Of a stretch of DNA of 64,000 bases, positions 49,057 through 58,634 are shown piece after piece. The translations under genes were made by a program, and so were the position numbers. This DNA comes from an uncultured Planctomycetaceae bacterium. Its GTDB lineage: Bacteria > Planctomycetota > UBA1135 > GCA-002686595. The stretch is from positions 1 through 64,000 of the forward strand of contig CAZUCE010000017.1 in assembly GCA_964619265.1 (NCBI GenBank), given 5' to 3'. Position 1 is the stretch's first letter, and every line of letters starts with the position of its first letter. The notes below the pieces were generated by a model. It made no database searches. It worked only from the letters and a program-made list of their open reading frames with translations, and was not told the DNA's origin.

Positions 49057-50010
49057 TCAAGCCCAGGCGCCCCGTCCGCGAAAGGCCTCGCGGGCAGGGC
49101 CGGCTAACCAAAGGGCGGACTGCCCGTCCCAGCGGGCGATCAGCGTGCCGCCCGGCTGGCGGATCGATAGTTCATGGCCTTCGGACACGGCTCCAAGGGA
49201 TGTGAAGGCCACGGTGATGGCGCACGCACTGGAACCGCAGGCCAGCGTTTCCCCCGAGCCTCTCTCGCAGGTTCGCGAGGTGATCAGGCCCTCCGAATCG
49301 AGGTGAGCGAAGGCGACGTTGACGCCTTCGGGAAAGGCGGGATGGGCTTGGAGAGCGGCTCCGAGTTCAGGGACCGGGAGCTTCGCCGGCGGAGCTTTCA
49401 AGGGGATGACCAAGTGCGGATTGCCAACCGACAGCGCCAGTCCCTCCCAGGTTTCGCCGAGGGCCGGAAGCCGGATCGAAAGGGCCTTTTGAACCGAAGC
49501 GGGAGCAGTCTCGAGCTGCTTGACGTCGAGAGGGATGTGTTCGGGATCGAAACGAGGGGATCCGATCTCGACTTCGCACCACACGACTCGTCCGTTCTCC
49601 CGGTGGGCGAGCACCCGGTGGGCAGCGGCGTCGGTTTCCACCAGGAATTCTTCGAGCTGAGAGGCTTCGGAGTCCCCGATGAGTTTGACGAGGCAGCGCA
49701 CAGCGTTACCGCACAGGGAGCCGCGACTTCCGTCAGCGTTCCACATGATCATGCGGAGCTGGCCGGCCCTGACGGTTCGGCGGAACAGGACGAGTCCGTC
49801 GGCCCCGACGCCAAAGTGCCGGTGACAGAGGCGGGTGGCGTTGCGCGGTGCGTCCAGCTCGAAGCGCTCGGCTAGGTCGCCTGGAAGCGCATCCCCATCC
49901 ACGAACAGGTAGTCATTGCCGCAACCCTCCAGCTTTACGAAGTCGAGGGCGGTGCGGGGCTCCGCTGAGTCCGGGCGACGGGCAGGAATCGGGGGCGGAG
50001 CGGAGGACAT
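49057..50010 (-). CDS. dapF: diaminopimelate epimerase
   Basis: GCGNDYLFVD, and NADGSRGSLCGNAVRC and ERGSGETLACGS active-site cysteines. About 20-aa N-terminal extension. Confidence 0.9.
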   Translation of the reverse strand: MSSAPPPIPARRPDSAEPRTALDFVKLEGCGNDYLFVDGDALPGDLAERFELDAPRNATRLCHRHFGVGADGLVLFRRTVRAGQLRMIMWNADGSRGSLCGNAVRCLVKLIGDSEASQLEEFLVETDAAAHRVLAHRENGRVVWCEVEIGSPRFDPEHIPLDVKQLETAPASVQKALSIRLPALGETWEGLALSVGNPHLVIPLKAPPAKLPVPELGAALQAHPAFPEGVNVAFAHLDSEGLITSRTCERGSGETLACGSSACAITVAFTSLGAVSEGHELSIRQPGGTLIARWDGQSALWLAGPAREAFRGRGAWA

Positions 50011-50339
50011 GCCGCCAGGTTACGAGTCAGGCCCGGAACAGGTCGAGCGTTCGAGCTTGGGTTCGGGGGGAGGAGGCCGAGCCGATCGCTCGCGCCGAAC
50101 CCTAGAGGTAAGCGGAAACAAGTGACGGTGCGGCGCTTGGAGTACTCGAAGCGGCTAGCGCAAGGGGTGCCCGTAGCGCCCTTCTCCGGCGGCAGGTTCA
50201 AGGCGGCTCCTTGATCCCGCAGGCCCTGGAGGAGCGCGGCCGGTCCGCCAGGCTGTGTTGGGCGAGTCCGTTCCAGGGCTCACGGAAGCACGGAGCCTTC
50301 GATTTTGAACGACGGGTCTTCGCGGGTGAAGCGCCCGAT

Positions 50340-50356
50340 CCTAGAGATCATCTAGG
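50340..50356. promoter_or_regulatory. inverted repeat CCTAGA-N5-TCTAGG in the dapF / FG-GAP divergent intergenic region (candidate operator)
   Basis: Seen directly; 6-bp perfect arms. Confidence 0.25.
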
Positions 50357-50490
50357 GTCTACCAGGGGTTCTCGGATGAGGCGGGCGGGTTTGCGAGAGC
50401 AGAAAACGCATTCCGGGCCCGTCATTTACACTAAAACGGTCTCCCTGCCGGTCTCCCTTACTTCCTTGCAACAGGCCCTGTTCTATTCCC

Positions 50491-52518
50491 ATGTTCCTTG
50501 CCGAACGACTCGCGTTACTTGATGTTTCCAAGCGCACCCTTCTTGGCCTCAGTCCGGGGCTGATGCTCGGCCCAGGGCTGCTGCTGTGGACTCCTGTTGC
50601 CTTCGGGCAAACTTATTTCGAGGACGTCACCCTCGACCTTGGCGTTGCCTTTGAGCACGCCGACGGAAGCTTCACTTACGCGATGGGCGGCGGCGCGGCT
50701 TGGCTTGACTACGATCGCGACGGCGATGACGATCTCTTGGCGTCTAGCTCGGACGGCCGGCACGGTTTGTTCCGGAACGAGGGATCCAGTTTCACGGACG
50801 TCAGTGCAAGTTCGGGCCTGTTTGTTTCGCAGCTAACGGACTCGATCGGTTCGCTCGTATTCGATCACGACTCCGATGGTTGGATCGACATCTACTTCAC
50901 GAATGCCGATCGAAACGAGCTGTTTCGCAATGCGGGGGACGGGACCTTTGACGAAATCGGCGGTTCGCTCGGGATCGATTCGGACTCCTGGACTTCCTGC
51001 GCGGCCGCGGCCGACTTTGATCTGGACGGAGACCTCGACCTGTACCTAGGGAATTACATCGAGACCCTGAACTTCCCGTATCACTTCGGGGCACCGAATC
51101 AGTTTTTCCGGAATGTTGGGACCGCTACGGAGCCGGCCTTCGAGGAACAAGCTGTTGCGCTCGGGATCGACAACACGATTGTGTTCGGGGCCGGCAATCC
51201 GTTGTTTCCCCAGTTCCTCGCTCCGACTGGGCTGCCGAGCGGAGGCTGCACGCTTTCGGTGGTCACCCCTGATCATGACGAAGACGGGGATCCGGACCTG
51301 ATGGTCGGCAACGACTTTGGGCTGTTCGTCTCGCCCAACCGGTTTTTCCGAAACGACTTCGCGCCGGGGACTGGGCTGGTTTTTGCCGATGTGACCACCC
51401 AAACCGGCTTCGACGTCCGGCCGCATTACAACATGGGCATCGCGCAATGCGACTTTGACCACGACGGAGATTGGGACTACTACAAGTCGAGCCTGGGCGA
51501 CAATCTGCTGCTGCGCAACGACGACGGCTTGTTCACGGAAGTGGTCTATGACGCTGGCCCAGTGGAAGGGCAGAGTCCGGTCCCGGGTCTGCTGCTCACT
51601 TCCTGGGGCACTGTTTTTCAGGATCTCGACAACGACGGCTGGGAAGATCTCTATGTGTCGAATGGCCTGATTCCGGCCGCGAATTTTATTCTCAACGACG
51701 AGGATGCACCGAACGGCTTGCACCTGAACAACGCCGATGGGACCTTCACTCAGGTTCCGTATGCGGACTCGGGAGCTGACGACCAGGGCGCGGGGCGTGG
51801 TGTGGCCTGGTACGACGTCGATCGCGACGGGTTGTTGGATTTTTACCAGATGAACAACGGCGCGCCCGGCGTCGGAGAATTGGGCGAGCGCTGCGCGCTG
51901 TATCGCAACACCGCGGCGTCCCTTGGCGAGGTGGGTTCCTATGCGCGCGTTCGGCTGCGGTCGCGTGCGGACAACTGGGAGGCCATCGGTTCGAGGCTGG
52001 TTCTAGAGGCAGGTGACTTGACCCTGCGCCGGCAGATCACCGCTGACCAGATTTACCTGTCGAGCCCCAGCCGCGAAGTCCACTTCGGATTGGGCGACAA
52101 CGCCTTCGTGGATCGCGTGTCGATCGACTGGCAAACCGGAGTCCATTCGGAGCTAGTGGACCTTCCGGCGCCGGTCACCGGAGAGGTGCTTGAGCCCATC
52201 GCGCTCATGACCGAATTGCTCGACCCGGTTTGGATCCCAAGCGAGGCACACCTTCGGTTCCAAGTCAGGCTTGTGAACACGACCGATGCTCCGCTGACGG
52301 TCAGCGGCCTGTTGCAGATAGCCCTGCCCGACAAAACGAGCGTGGTCGATTTGCCTTCCTCGGCGACACTCCCGCCCGGCGAGACGCTGGTGACCCAAGT
52401 CTTGAGGGTTGCTCCTGAGGTGCACGCGTTGTTTGAGGGACAGCCCTTCCGCGTGAGGGCCTACGTGGTAGCCGATGGTGGCGTGGACAGCCGGGCCCTC
52501 GATTTTCTGCTTCCCTAG
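50491..52518 (+). CDS. secreted FG-GAP/VCBS-repeat protein with C-terminal ASPIC/UnbV domain (CRTAC1-like)
   Basis: Signal peptide. Repeated FDHDSDGWIDIY / DFDLDGDLDLY / DHDEDGDPDL calcium-binding FG-GAP motifs. UnbV_ASPIC motif YLSSPSREVHFGLGD..VDRVSIDWQTG. Confidence 0.8.
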   Translation: MFLAERLALLDVSKRTLLGLSPGLMLGPGLLLWTPVAFGQTYFEDVTLDLGVAFEHADGSFTYAMGGGAAWLDYDRDGDDDLLASSSDGRHGLFRNEGSSFTDVSASSGLFVSQLTDSIGSLVFDHDSDGWIDIYFTNADRNELFRNAGDGTFDEIGGSLGIDSDSWTSCAAAADFDLDGDLDLYLGNYIETLNFPYHFGAPNQFFRNVGTATEPAFEEQAVALGIDNTIVFGAGNPLFPQFLAPTGLPSGGCTLSVVTPDHDEDGDPDLMVGNDFGLFVSPNRFFRNDFAPGTGLVFADVTTQTGFDVRPHYNMGIAQCDFDHDGDWDYYKSSLGDNLLLRNDDGLFTEVVYDAGPVEGQSPVPGLLLTSWGTVFQDLDNDGWEDLYVSNGLIPAANFILNDEDAPNGLHLNNADGTFTQVPYADSGADDQGAGRGVAWYDVDRDGLLDFYQMNNGAPGVGELGERCALYRNTAASLGEVGSYARVRLRSRADNWEAIGSRLVLEAGDLTLRRQITADQIYLSSPSREVHFGLGDNAFVDRVSIDWQTGVHSELVDLPAPVTGEVLEPIALMTELLDPVWIPSEAHLRFQVRLVNTTDAPLTVSGLLQIALPDKTSVVDLPSSATLPPGETLVTQVLRVAPEVHALFEGQPFRVRAYVVADGGVDSRALDFLLP

Positions 52519-52531
52519 CAGCCGGTGAAGG

Positions 52532-52562
52532 GGCGAGCGCATCGGCGCTCTCCCTGTTTTCA
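52532..52562 (+). terminator. intrinsic terminator after the FG-GAP gene (GAGCGC-ATCG-GCGCTC stem followed by CCTGTTTTC)
   Basis: Seen directly, 14 nt after the stop. Confidence 0.45.
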
Positions 52563-52581
52563 GAACGTTCCCTGAAAAGCT

Positions 52582-52628
52582 GACGATTCGCGCGGGCTAG
52601 ACTGCCGTCCATGAACGTGCGAATCGTC
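52582..52628 (+). promoter_or_regulatory. 12-bp hairpin (GACGATTCGCGC / GTGCGAATCGTC) enclosing the selenoprotein start codon in its loop
   Basis: Arms at 52582-52593 and 52617-52628, with one G-U pair. ATG 52611 sits in the 23-nt loop. Confidence 0.4.
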
Positions 52629-52865
52629 TACTGCCACTTGTGAGGCTACGCGGAGCAAGCGGCGAGTTACGCCGCTGCGATTCGCGAAGCCACTGGCCTG
52701 GAGGTTCAGACCGAGGCCGGGACTCGCCGCGGGCAATTCGAGGTGTTCGTGAACGACAGCTCGACCTTCAAGCGGCGCGGAGGACTGATCAAGAGGATTC
52801 TCGGCAAGCCCTTCGAGCCGCCCGATCAGGCGATCGAAGCCGTGCGGGCTGCCGTCGCCAAGTGA
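52611..52865 (+). CDS. selW: SelW-like (Rdx family) selenoprotein with in-frame UGA (Sec) at 52641-52643: MNVRIVYCHL-U-GYAEQ...GQFEVFVNDSSTFKRRGGLIKRILGKPFEPPDQAIEAVRAAVAK
   Basis: Not in the ORF track because of the internal TGA. ATG 52611; C-x-x-U redox motif (YCHLU) exactly where Rdx proteins have CxxC/CxxU; the rest matches the Rdx consensus (FEV..dg..ifsk....fP). Sustained codon bias through and beyond the TGA. 84 aa. Confidence 0.7.
52655..52678 (+). promoter_or_regulatory. candidate bacterial SECIS element (9-bp stem with 1-nt bulge, AGUUA loop) starting 11 nt after the UGA
   Basis: GC(A)AGCGGCG-AGUUA-CGCCGCUGC. The spacing to UGA (11 nt) matches the canonical bacterial SECIS geometry. 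Confidence 0.55.
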
Positions 52866-53614
52866 GCGCTTCCGAAGATTGCGGCAAGTGGGACTTTTAC
52901 ACGTGTCAGGTTGAAGATCGGCCGGGATCGATCTTCCTGAACCTGGATCTAGCGGGGGAACATCCGCCGCTCGACACGATGTACTTCGCGGCGATCGAGC
53001 TACTGGACCCCGCAGAGCACGGGATGGGATCCAAGGCCGAGGCGGAACTCATGGGACCCCTTGAGGACGGCATCCTGGAGGAACTGCGGGCCATGGGGTT
53101 GTGCTTTGTTGGCCGGCTGCGGAACAACTCGGCCTGGCAGTTGACGCTTTATGGGGAAGCCGGGCGTGACGCGGATTTGGAGCAAGTCATCTCCGAGGCT
53201 CTCCAGGGCGGGAAGCGCCGTTTTCAGGTTGGAAGCGGGCCGGACCCGGAGTGGAGCTACTACCACGGGTTCCTCTATCCGAACACCGAGCGCTGGCAGT
53301 GGATGCAGGATCGCAAGGTGGTTCAGGCCTTGACGAACAACGGAGACGCCGGCCAGCGTTCCCGCGAAGTCGATCATTGGGCCGGGTTCGAAGCGGAGCC
53401 CTCTCGTGCGGCTTTTGTGGCTTCCGCGGAGAAGCTCGGGTTCTCGGTTCGCGCGTTGCCCGAACCGAAGGGGGGGCTCTATTTGGTTCAGGTCGTTCGC
53501 GAAGATCCAGTGCTGCTCGAGCACATCCATCCGGTCGTGATGCAGCTCGTCGATTTGGCGGAGCAGAACGGCGGGACCTATGACGGCTGGGAGTCTCCGG
53601 TCGTGTCGACCTGA
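52862..53614 (+). CDS. DUF695 + RraB (regulator of ribonuclease activity B)-like two-domain protein
   Basis: GTG 52862 overlaps the selW stop (GTGA). DCGKWDFYTCQVEDRPGSIFLNLDL (DUF695-like) then a YYHGFLYPNTERWQWM ... RraB-like C-terminus. The first 74 residues of the ORF-track version are selW read in another frame. Confidence 0.7.
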   Translation: MSASEDCGKWDFYTCQVEDRPGSIFLNLDLAGEHPPLDTMYFAAIELLDPAEHGMGSKAEAELMGPLEDGILEELRAMGLCFVGRLRNNSAWQLTLYGEAGRDADLEQVISEALQGGKRRFQVGSGPDPEWSYYHGFLYPNTERWQWMQDRKVVQALTNNGDAGQRSREVDHWAGFEAEPSRAAFVASAEKLGFSVRALPEPKGGLYLVQVVREDPVLLEHIHPVVMQLVDLAEQNGGTYDGWESPVVST

Positions 53615-53675
53615 TCCAAGCGACCTTCGGAACGCCCGGGTTGCTCGGGCGCGAGCGCGTCCGATCTATGAAGTC

Positions 53676-53720
53676 GGCCCGATCTCTCCCCCCGGAGAGA
53701 TCGGGCCTTTCGCTTCTTCC
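53676..53720. terminator. bidirectional terminator: 14-bp perfect stem GGCCCGATCTCTCC / GGAGAGATCGGGCC, loop CCCC, then TTTCGCTTCTTCC
   Basis: Seen directly between convergent genes. Confidence 0.65.
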
Positions 53721-53779
53721 CTAATGTCCGGCAGGCTCCCGGGTGGGGGCCGCCGGCACCTTTGGACCGTTGCTTGAGA

Positions 53780-54658
53780 TCAGTTGCGGGGGATCAGCTG
53801 CAGGGGCTGTTCGCTATGCAGGATCGTCGTGGCGCGGGTCTCGTCCTCGAGTTCCATACGAGCCATGTCTTCGTAGGAGACCTGACGAGTTTGGTTGGTG
53901 AGGACGTCGAGTTCAGCCTCTTGGCGACTCGTGATGGCGTTCAGGCGACCGACCACGTCGTCGAGCTTGGCGGCCTGGTAGCGGTTCAGTTCGTCGAGCG
54001 TGTGCTGACGCTTCTCCATCATTTCGATCAGGCGCTCGTTGCGGGCGATGGCGTCGACTTGGCGCTCGATGGAGACGAGTTGGGCCTGGAATTGGGCTTG
54101 CTCGGTTTGCAGTTGTTGGAGGGCTTGCTCAAGACGATCGCGCTGATCGGATAGCACAGCGATTTCGCGGCCCGCTTCGGAAGCGCGGTTGGAATAGACC
54201 AAGCGCGTCTGCTGGATCTGGTGCTGGCGAGTCACGAGCTGTTGGGTGTCGTAGCCCGCTTGAGCGACCTGAATGTTGGAAGCCGGACGGAGTCCTTCGA
54301 GGCCGCCGAGTTGCTCGCCGAGGGCGGTGAGGTCCCGGTCGGCGAGCTCGACGACGCGTTCGGCGATCGCGGTCTCGCGGCGGGCTCGCTCGATCTCTTG
54401 GTTGACCTCAGCCACATCGGCAGACAAGGTGGCGATCCGCTCGGGATAGGCCTGTTCGAGGCGGCGGAGTTGGGAGCGCAGGGCGGTCGGGTCGTCAACG
54501 GCGGCGTCCAGACGTTCGTGGATGCCCTGCTGAACCTGGGAGATCAGCGCGTCGGTGCGCTCGGTTCCGAGGACGGAAGAGCCGACCGCAAGGGCGCCGA
54601 GGCCGAGGCCGCCGACGACGGCGGCGCGGAACGCGAATTTGAAGACTTTGGTGATCAT
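53780..54658 (-). CDS. membrane-anchored coiled-coil protein (292 aa)
   Basis: ATG revcomp 54656-54658. An N-terminal TM (FKFAFRAAVVGGLGLGALAV) followed by Q/E/R-rich coiled-coil. Confidence 0.55.
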   Translation of the reverse strand: MITKVFKFAFRAAVVGGLGLGALAVGSSVLGTERTDALISQVQQGIHERLDAAVDDPTALRSQLRRLEQAYPERIATLSADVAEVNQEIERARRETAIAERVVELADRDLTALGEQLGGLEGLRPASNIQVAQAGYDTQQLVTRQHQIQQTRLVYSNRASEAGREIAVLSDQRDRLEQALQQLQTEQAQFQAQLVSIERQVDAIARNERLIEMMEKRQHTLDELNRYQAAKLDDVVGRLNAITSRQEAELDVLTNQTRQVSYEDMARMELEDETRATTILHSEQPLQLIPRN

Positions 54659-55045
54659 GGGAGTTGGGCCTTTCGGAGGTTGGTGCTCAGGCTTTCGGGC
54701 CACCCCGCTTGGGTGGCCGCGCCGAGAGCCTTCGGAGCGCTGGCGGGTCTTCCCGCCGGCCCTGTGGTCTCGTGCCTAGTTCTTGGGGAAAGGCCCCGGG
54801 GGCTTTCGCTCCTGGGGGAAAATTCCCCCGGCGAACCGACTGGGGCAGCCGGGAGGCCCGCTTAGGGGAGGCGAGACCCCTCTGCGAGTGGCTGAAACCG
54901 CCGGACGGCCCCATCGGAAGCTGTCTCCGAATGCCCTCCGCCCTGCGGCGTAGAGTTGGGGGACGGGCTGTCAGGCCCGGCCCCCTGGCTTCTTCCAAGG
55001 GCTGGGGGCTTTCTTCAGCCCGATTCGAATCCCCGGTTCCCCCCT

Positions 55046-55807
55046 ATGGTTGTCGACATCACCACCGGCTTCGTCGGACGCCTGCGCGCTCGCGATCCTG
55101 ACGCTTGGTTCGAACTGTGGGAGACGTTTGGGCCCGTGATCAGTTCGCAACTCCAGCGCTGGGGGCGTGGCCAAATCGGCTTCGAGACGGTTCAAGATCT
55201 CTCCCAGGAAACGCTGACGGCTCTGGCTAGCGCGATCGACACCCACGATCCCTCGCGAGGAGTGCGCTTTTCGACCTGGCTGCTGGCGATCGCGCGCTAC
55301 ACGCTCACCGACGAATTCGACCGCCGCAACGCCCAGAAGCGGGGTTCTGGCAAGAAGCCTGTCGAGCTCGAGGCCGCCTCGGGCCAGGGCGACGGTCAAG
55401 CCGGGCCCGATGAGGTTTACGCCACGGCGATCTTCGGCGCCAAGGTCGATCGAGCCCTCAAGCTGGTCGAGCGCGAATCGGACTTCGTCGACTTCTCCGT
55501 CTTCCGGATGCGGATCCTCGAGGGTCAACCCGGCAAGCGGGTCGCCGGGGATCTGGGCCTTTCAGAGGCGGGAGTCAGCCGGCGGCTCACGAAGGTCCGA
55601 ACCGCCCTTAGAAGTCGCCTCAGCGAGGTCATGGAGCGATTCAGCTTCACGGAAGAGGAATTGAGCGAAGCGGAGCGCAAGGGGCTCGATCCAAATCCCA
55701 AGAAGGCTCAGGACGCCCTCTTCGATGAGGCGCTGGCGGAGATTTTCCATCGCTACAGCGCTTTTCGAACCCAAACCGAGGGGCCGGCGGGGGGCCTGGC
55801 CCGCTAG
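55046..55807 (+). CDS. RNA polymerase sigma factor, ECF family, with about 60-aa C-terminal extension
   Basis: Sigma-2 (LSQETLTALASAIDTHDP..FSTWLLAIARYTLTDEFDRR) and sigma-4 (GDLGLSEAGVSRRLTKVRTALR) regions. ATG 55046. Confidence 0.85.
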   Translation: MVVDITTGFVGRLRARDPDAWFELWETFGPVISSQLQRWGRGQIGFETVQDLSQETLTALASAIDTHDPSRGVRFSTWLLAIARYTLTDEFDRRNAQKRGSGKKPVELEAASGQGDGQAGPDEVYATAIFGAKVDRALKLVERESDFVDFSVFRMRILEGQPGKRVAGDLGLSEAGVSRRLTKVRTALRSRLSEVMERFSFTEEELSEAERKGLDPNPKKAQDALFDEALAEIFHRYSAFRTQTEGPAGGLAR

Positions 55808-55886
55808 CCGCCGAGGACCTCCCCGTCTTCGAGCCGCAGACTCCACAGAGCCACCGCCCAACCAAGCCTCCCCAAGGAGCCCGCCC

Positions 55887-58559
55887 ATGTCCGCCTTCTC
55901 AGGTGCCCTCTTTTCCTTTGTCGCTGCAGCGGCCGTGGTTTCCGCGGCCCTGGTGGCGGTGTTCGTGGTGGCCAAGGTTGCTTGGGGCATCGGTATGGCG
56001 ATCGGCGGAGTGTTCACCGGTGTTGGGCGGTTCGTCCTGCATATCGCCTCGACGCTGCGCGATTGGGTCACGGACGTCACTCGGATCCTGGGCGGAACCC
56101 TCACCGGCGTCGCCTACGTTCCGCTCTCCCTGTTCAGCGTCGCGCTTGGTCGCTGGTCGAGCGCGAAGCACTACGGCAAGGCGATGCGCGGCGAGTTTGG
56201 GCTCGCGGCGCTGTCGACCTACAAAGCCGGTATCTCGCATCCCCTGCGACTGATCGGTCTTGGTTCTCTACTCGATGGCTTTGAGCGCCGCCTGCCCGAG
56301 GTGGTGCTGTACGCGCCCGGCGCTGACACGCCGAAGGAAGGCAAGAACGCGTTCGAGGGCTGGAAGGTCGTGGGCTCGCTGCCGGCCGGAGGGTCTGGGG
56401 GCAAGCTGTACCTAGCCGAGCCGAAGGCCGAGAAAGTCGAGAAGCTTGCGCGGGTTGGCGTGACGGCCCCCGCCAAAGCGGTGATCAAGTCGTTCTCGTT
56501 GGCTTCGGGCTCGACCCTGCCCCAAATAGTTCGTGAGAGTCGCGCGCTCGAGGCGGCCAAAAGCCTCGGCCTGGTGGTGGAACACGAGCTGAGTCCGACG
56601 CGTTTCCACTATGTGATGCCGTTCGTGCCGGGGGAGGACCTGTCCAAGGTCTCGACCGCCCTGCACTCGCGGGCCGGCCGCAACGGCTTGCGCGACGCTG
56701 GCATTCGTGCCGTCATCGGCTATGGCGCTGGGCTGTGTGAAATTCTCGATCGCTTCCACGCGGCGGGCCTTTGGCACAAGGACATCAAGCCCTCGAACAT
56801 TCTGGTGTGCGGGGACCGCGTGGAACTGGTCGACCTAGGACTGGTGACGCCGCTCGGTTCGGCGATGACGCTGACCACCCACGGTACCGAGTACTACCGC
56901 GACCCCGAGATGGTCCGCCTCGCGCTCAAGGGCGTGAAGGTTCACGAAGTCGATGGCGTCAAGTTCGATCTCTACTCGACCGGCGCGGTGCTGTACTCGC
57001 TTGTGGAGGGCTCCTTCCCGGCGCATGGCAACCTCTCGAGTTTCTCGAAGCGTTGCCCGGACGCGCTGAGCTGGGTGATCCGCCGTGCGATGGCGGATGT
57101 CAACCAGCGCTACGCCGGCGCTGACGAGATGCTGACCGATTTGCGAGTCTTGCTCGCCGCAACCGATCCGTTCAGCGTAAAGCCGGCCGATTTGCCCTCC
57201 ATGGGCGGCAGCCGCTCCGCGGTACGTCCCGTGCCGGCGCCGCCGGAAGAACTGGTTCCCGCCGAGTTCGCCTCCGATACGGACACTCCTTCCCCGGATG
57301 CCTCCGAGGGAGCCCCGCCGCCGTTGCCGTTGCACCGGCTTTCAGCGCACGAGTTGCGCCAAGAAGTTCGTCGCGCCGCTCGCGACACAGCACGGGAGGC
57401 TCGCGTGCGTGCTCGCCGCGTGGGTTCCCAAGCGAGGAAGGAAGCTCGGGCCGCGGCGGGTAGGGCTACTTTGGAGGCTCGCCAGGCACTGCGCGCGGCC
57501 AACGTGCGCGCCAAGGAGCAGGCTCGCGCCGCTTTTGCGGCGTCCGAGGAGTGGCACGTCAAGCGCCGCATGACGAAGGAGAAGTCTCGCCAGGAAACCC
57601 AGGAGAGGCGGAAGACCCGTTCGCGTCAGAGCGCTACCGGCTTCCTCGCGCTGTTTGCGGTCGGTTTCCTGTGGATCGTTGCCATGAGTTCGAACGGGGA
57701 ACGTCCGGGCGGCGGAAATCCGGTGGAGGTGCCCGTTGTTCAAGGGCTGATCCGGGCGCAGTCCAAGGAGATTCAGAGGGTCCACGAGCAACTCATCAGC
57801 CAGGGCCGCACCACCCCGCGTCCGCCGCGCAGCCTGAATTCAACCGGCAGCCTGACTTCAGCCGGAGGCAAGCAAGCTCCCCAGGTCCTCCTGCTCTCCG
57901 AGCGCCCGCTGGTCGCCGGCGTGGACGCCGAACGCCGGCTCGCCGCGGCCCTCGAGCAACAGCTCGGCTGGCGCGTGCTCGGCGAAGAAGGAACTCTCCC
58001 GCGAAGCGGCTCCGAGTTGGACCTGCTGGCTCGGGTTCGCAGCACGGCAGGCCTCAGTTCGCTGGGCGACAGCGCGGCTTCCAAGCGACTGGTCGATCTG
58101 ATCGAACGCCGCGACGACCTGGACGCGATCGTGTGGTTCGGAGTTGACGAAGGTGAACACCTCCAGGTCGAGCTGCTGGCCCCGCGCAATACAGATTGGG
58201 GGGCTCAATGGGACCTCGGACGGGTGCGGCCAAACGAACCTAGCCGGACTCCGGATCAGCTCTCCCGAGATTTGCGTGGGCTGGAGCGGGATCTGAGAGA
58301 GCTGTTCGACCAGATGGGTTCGAATCAGGTTCTGCGCCAGGCGTTCGAGTCCCGGGAGTTCGAAGGCGGCTTCGAGAATCAGTTCCAGGGTTTGGAGCGG
58401 TTTGAGGGTCGGGAAGTCCTCGAAAACAGCCTGTTCGGCGAGCCCATCCAACAGGAGTGTGGTGGCTCCGAACCGGCGCCCTCGTGCCAGAGCCTGATGG
58501 AGTCCTGCTGGGAGGAGCCGGGCTCCTGCGCAAACGGGCGGCTCGCTCACGCCGGCTAA
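55887..58559 (+). CDS. polytopic membrane Ser/Thr protein kinase (N-terminal TM bundle, kinase core, TM, large C-terminal extracytoplasmic domain)
   Basis: ATG 55887 preceded by AAGGAG. 3-4 N-terminal TM helices, kinase motifs (KAVIKSF, WHKDIKPSNILV, VDLGL, YYRDPE), a second TM (FLALFAVGFLWIVAM), and a 280-aa C-terminal domain. Confidence 0.8.
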   Translation: MSAFSGALFSFVAAAAVVSAALVAVFVVAKVAWGIGMAIGGVFTGVGRFVLHIASTLRDWVTDVTRILGGTLTGVAYVPLSLFSVALGRWSSAKHYGKAMRGEFGLAALSTYKAGISHPLRLIGLGSLLDGFERRLPEVVLYAPGADTPKEGKNAFEGWKVVGSLPAGGSGGKLYLAEPKAEKVEKLARVGVTAPAKAVIKSFSLASGSTLPQIVRESRALEAAKSLGLVVEHELSPTRFHYVMPFVPGEDLSKVSTALHSRAGRNGLRDAGIRAVIGYGAGLCEILDRFHAAGLWHKDIKPSNILVCGDRVELVDLGLVTPLGSAMTLTTHGTEYYRDPEMVRLALKGVKVHEVDGVKFDLYSTGAVLYSLVEGSFPAHGNLSSFSKRCPDALSWVIRRAMADVNQRYAGADEMLTDLRVLLAATDPFSVKPADLPSMGGSRSAVRPVPAPPEELVPAEFASDTDTPSPDASEGAPPPLPLHRLSAHELRQEVRRAARDTAREARVRARRVGSQARKEARAAAGRATLEARQALRAANVRAKEQARAAFAASEEWHVKRRMTKEKSRQETQERRKTRSRQSATGFLALFAVGFLWIVAMSSNGERPGGGNPVEVPVVQGLIRAQSKEIQRVHEQLISQGRTTPRPPRSLNSTGSLTSAGGKQAPQVLLLSERPLVAGVDAERRLAAALEQQLGWRVLGEEGTLPRSGSELDLLARVRSTAGLSSLGDSAASKRLVDLIERRDDLDAIVWFGVDEGEHLQVELLAPRNTDWGAQWDLGRVRPNEPSRTPDQLSRDLRGLERDLRELFDQMGSNQVLRQAFESREFEGGFENQFQGLERFEGREVLENSLFGEPIQQECGGSEPAPSCQSLMESCWEEPGSCANGRLAHAG

Positions 58560-58634
58560 CCGGGGCCGTGTGCTGAGAGCAGGGCTTGGGGCGAAGGGAC
58601 GGCAGCGGTGGGCTAAGCTTCAAGGGCCCCCATC

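Noticed and set aside
52640-53614. ORF-track 324-aa protein beginning MRLRGASGE
   Set aside because: The N-terminal 74 residues are the selW gene read in the wrong frame. The real gene starts at GTG 52862.
55013-55040. tRNA T-arm-like sequence GATTCGAATCCCC
   Set aside because: The flanking arms do not pair (CCCGA vs CCCCG), and there are no acceptor or anticodon stems. It lies in the ECF sigma leader.
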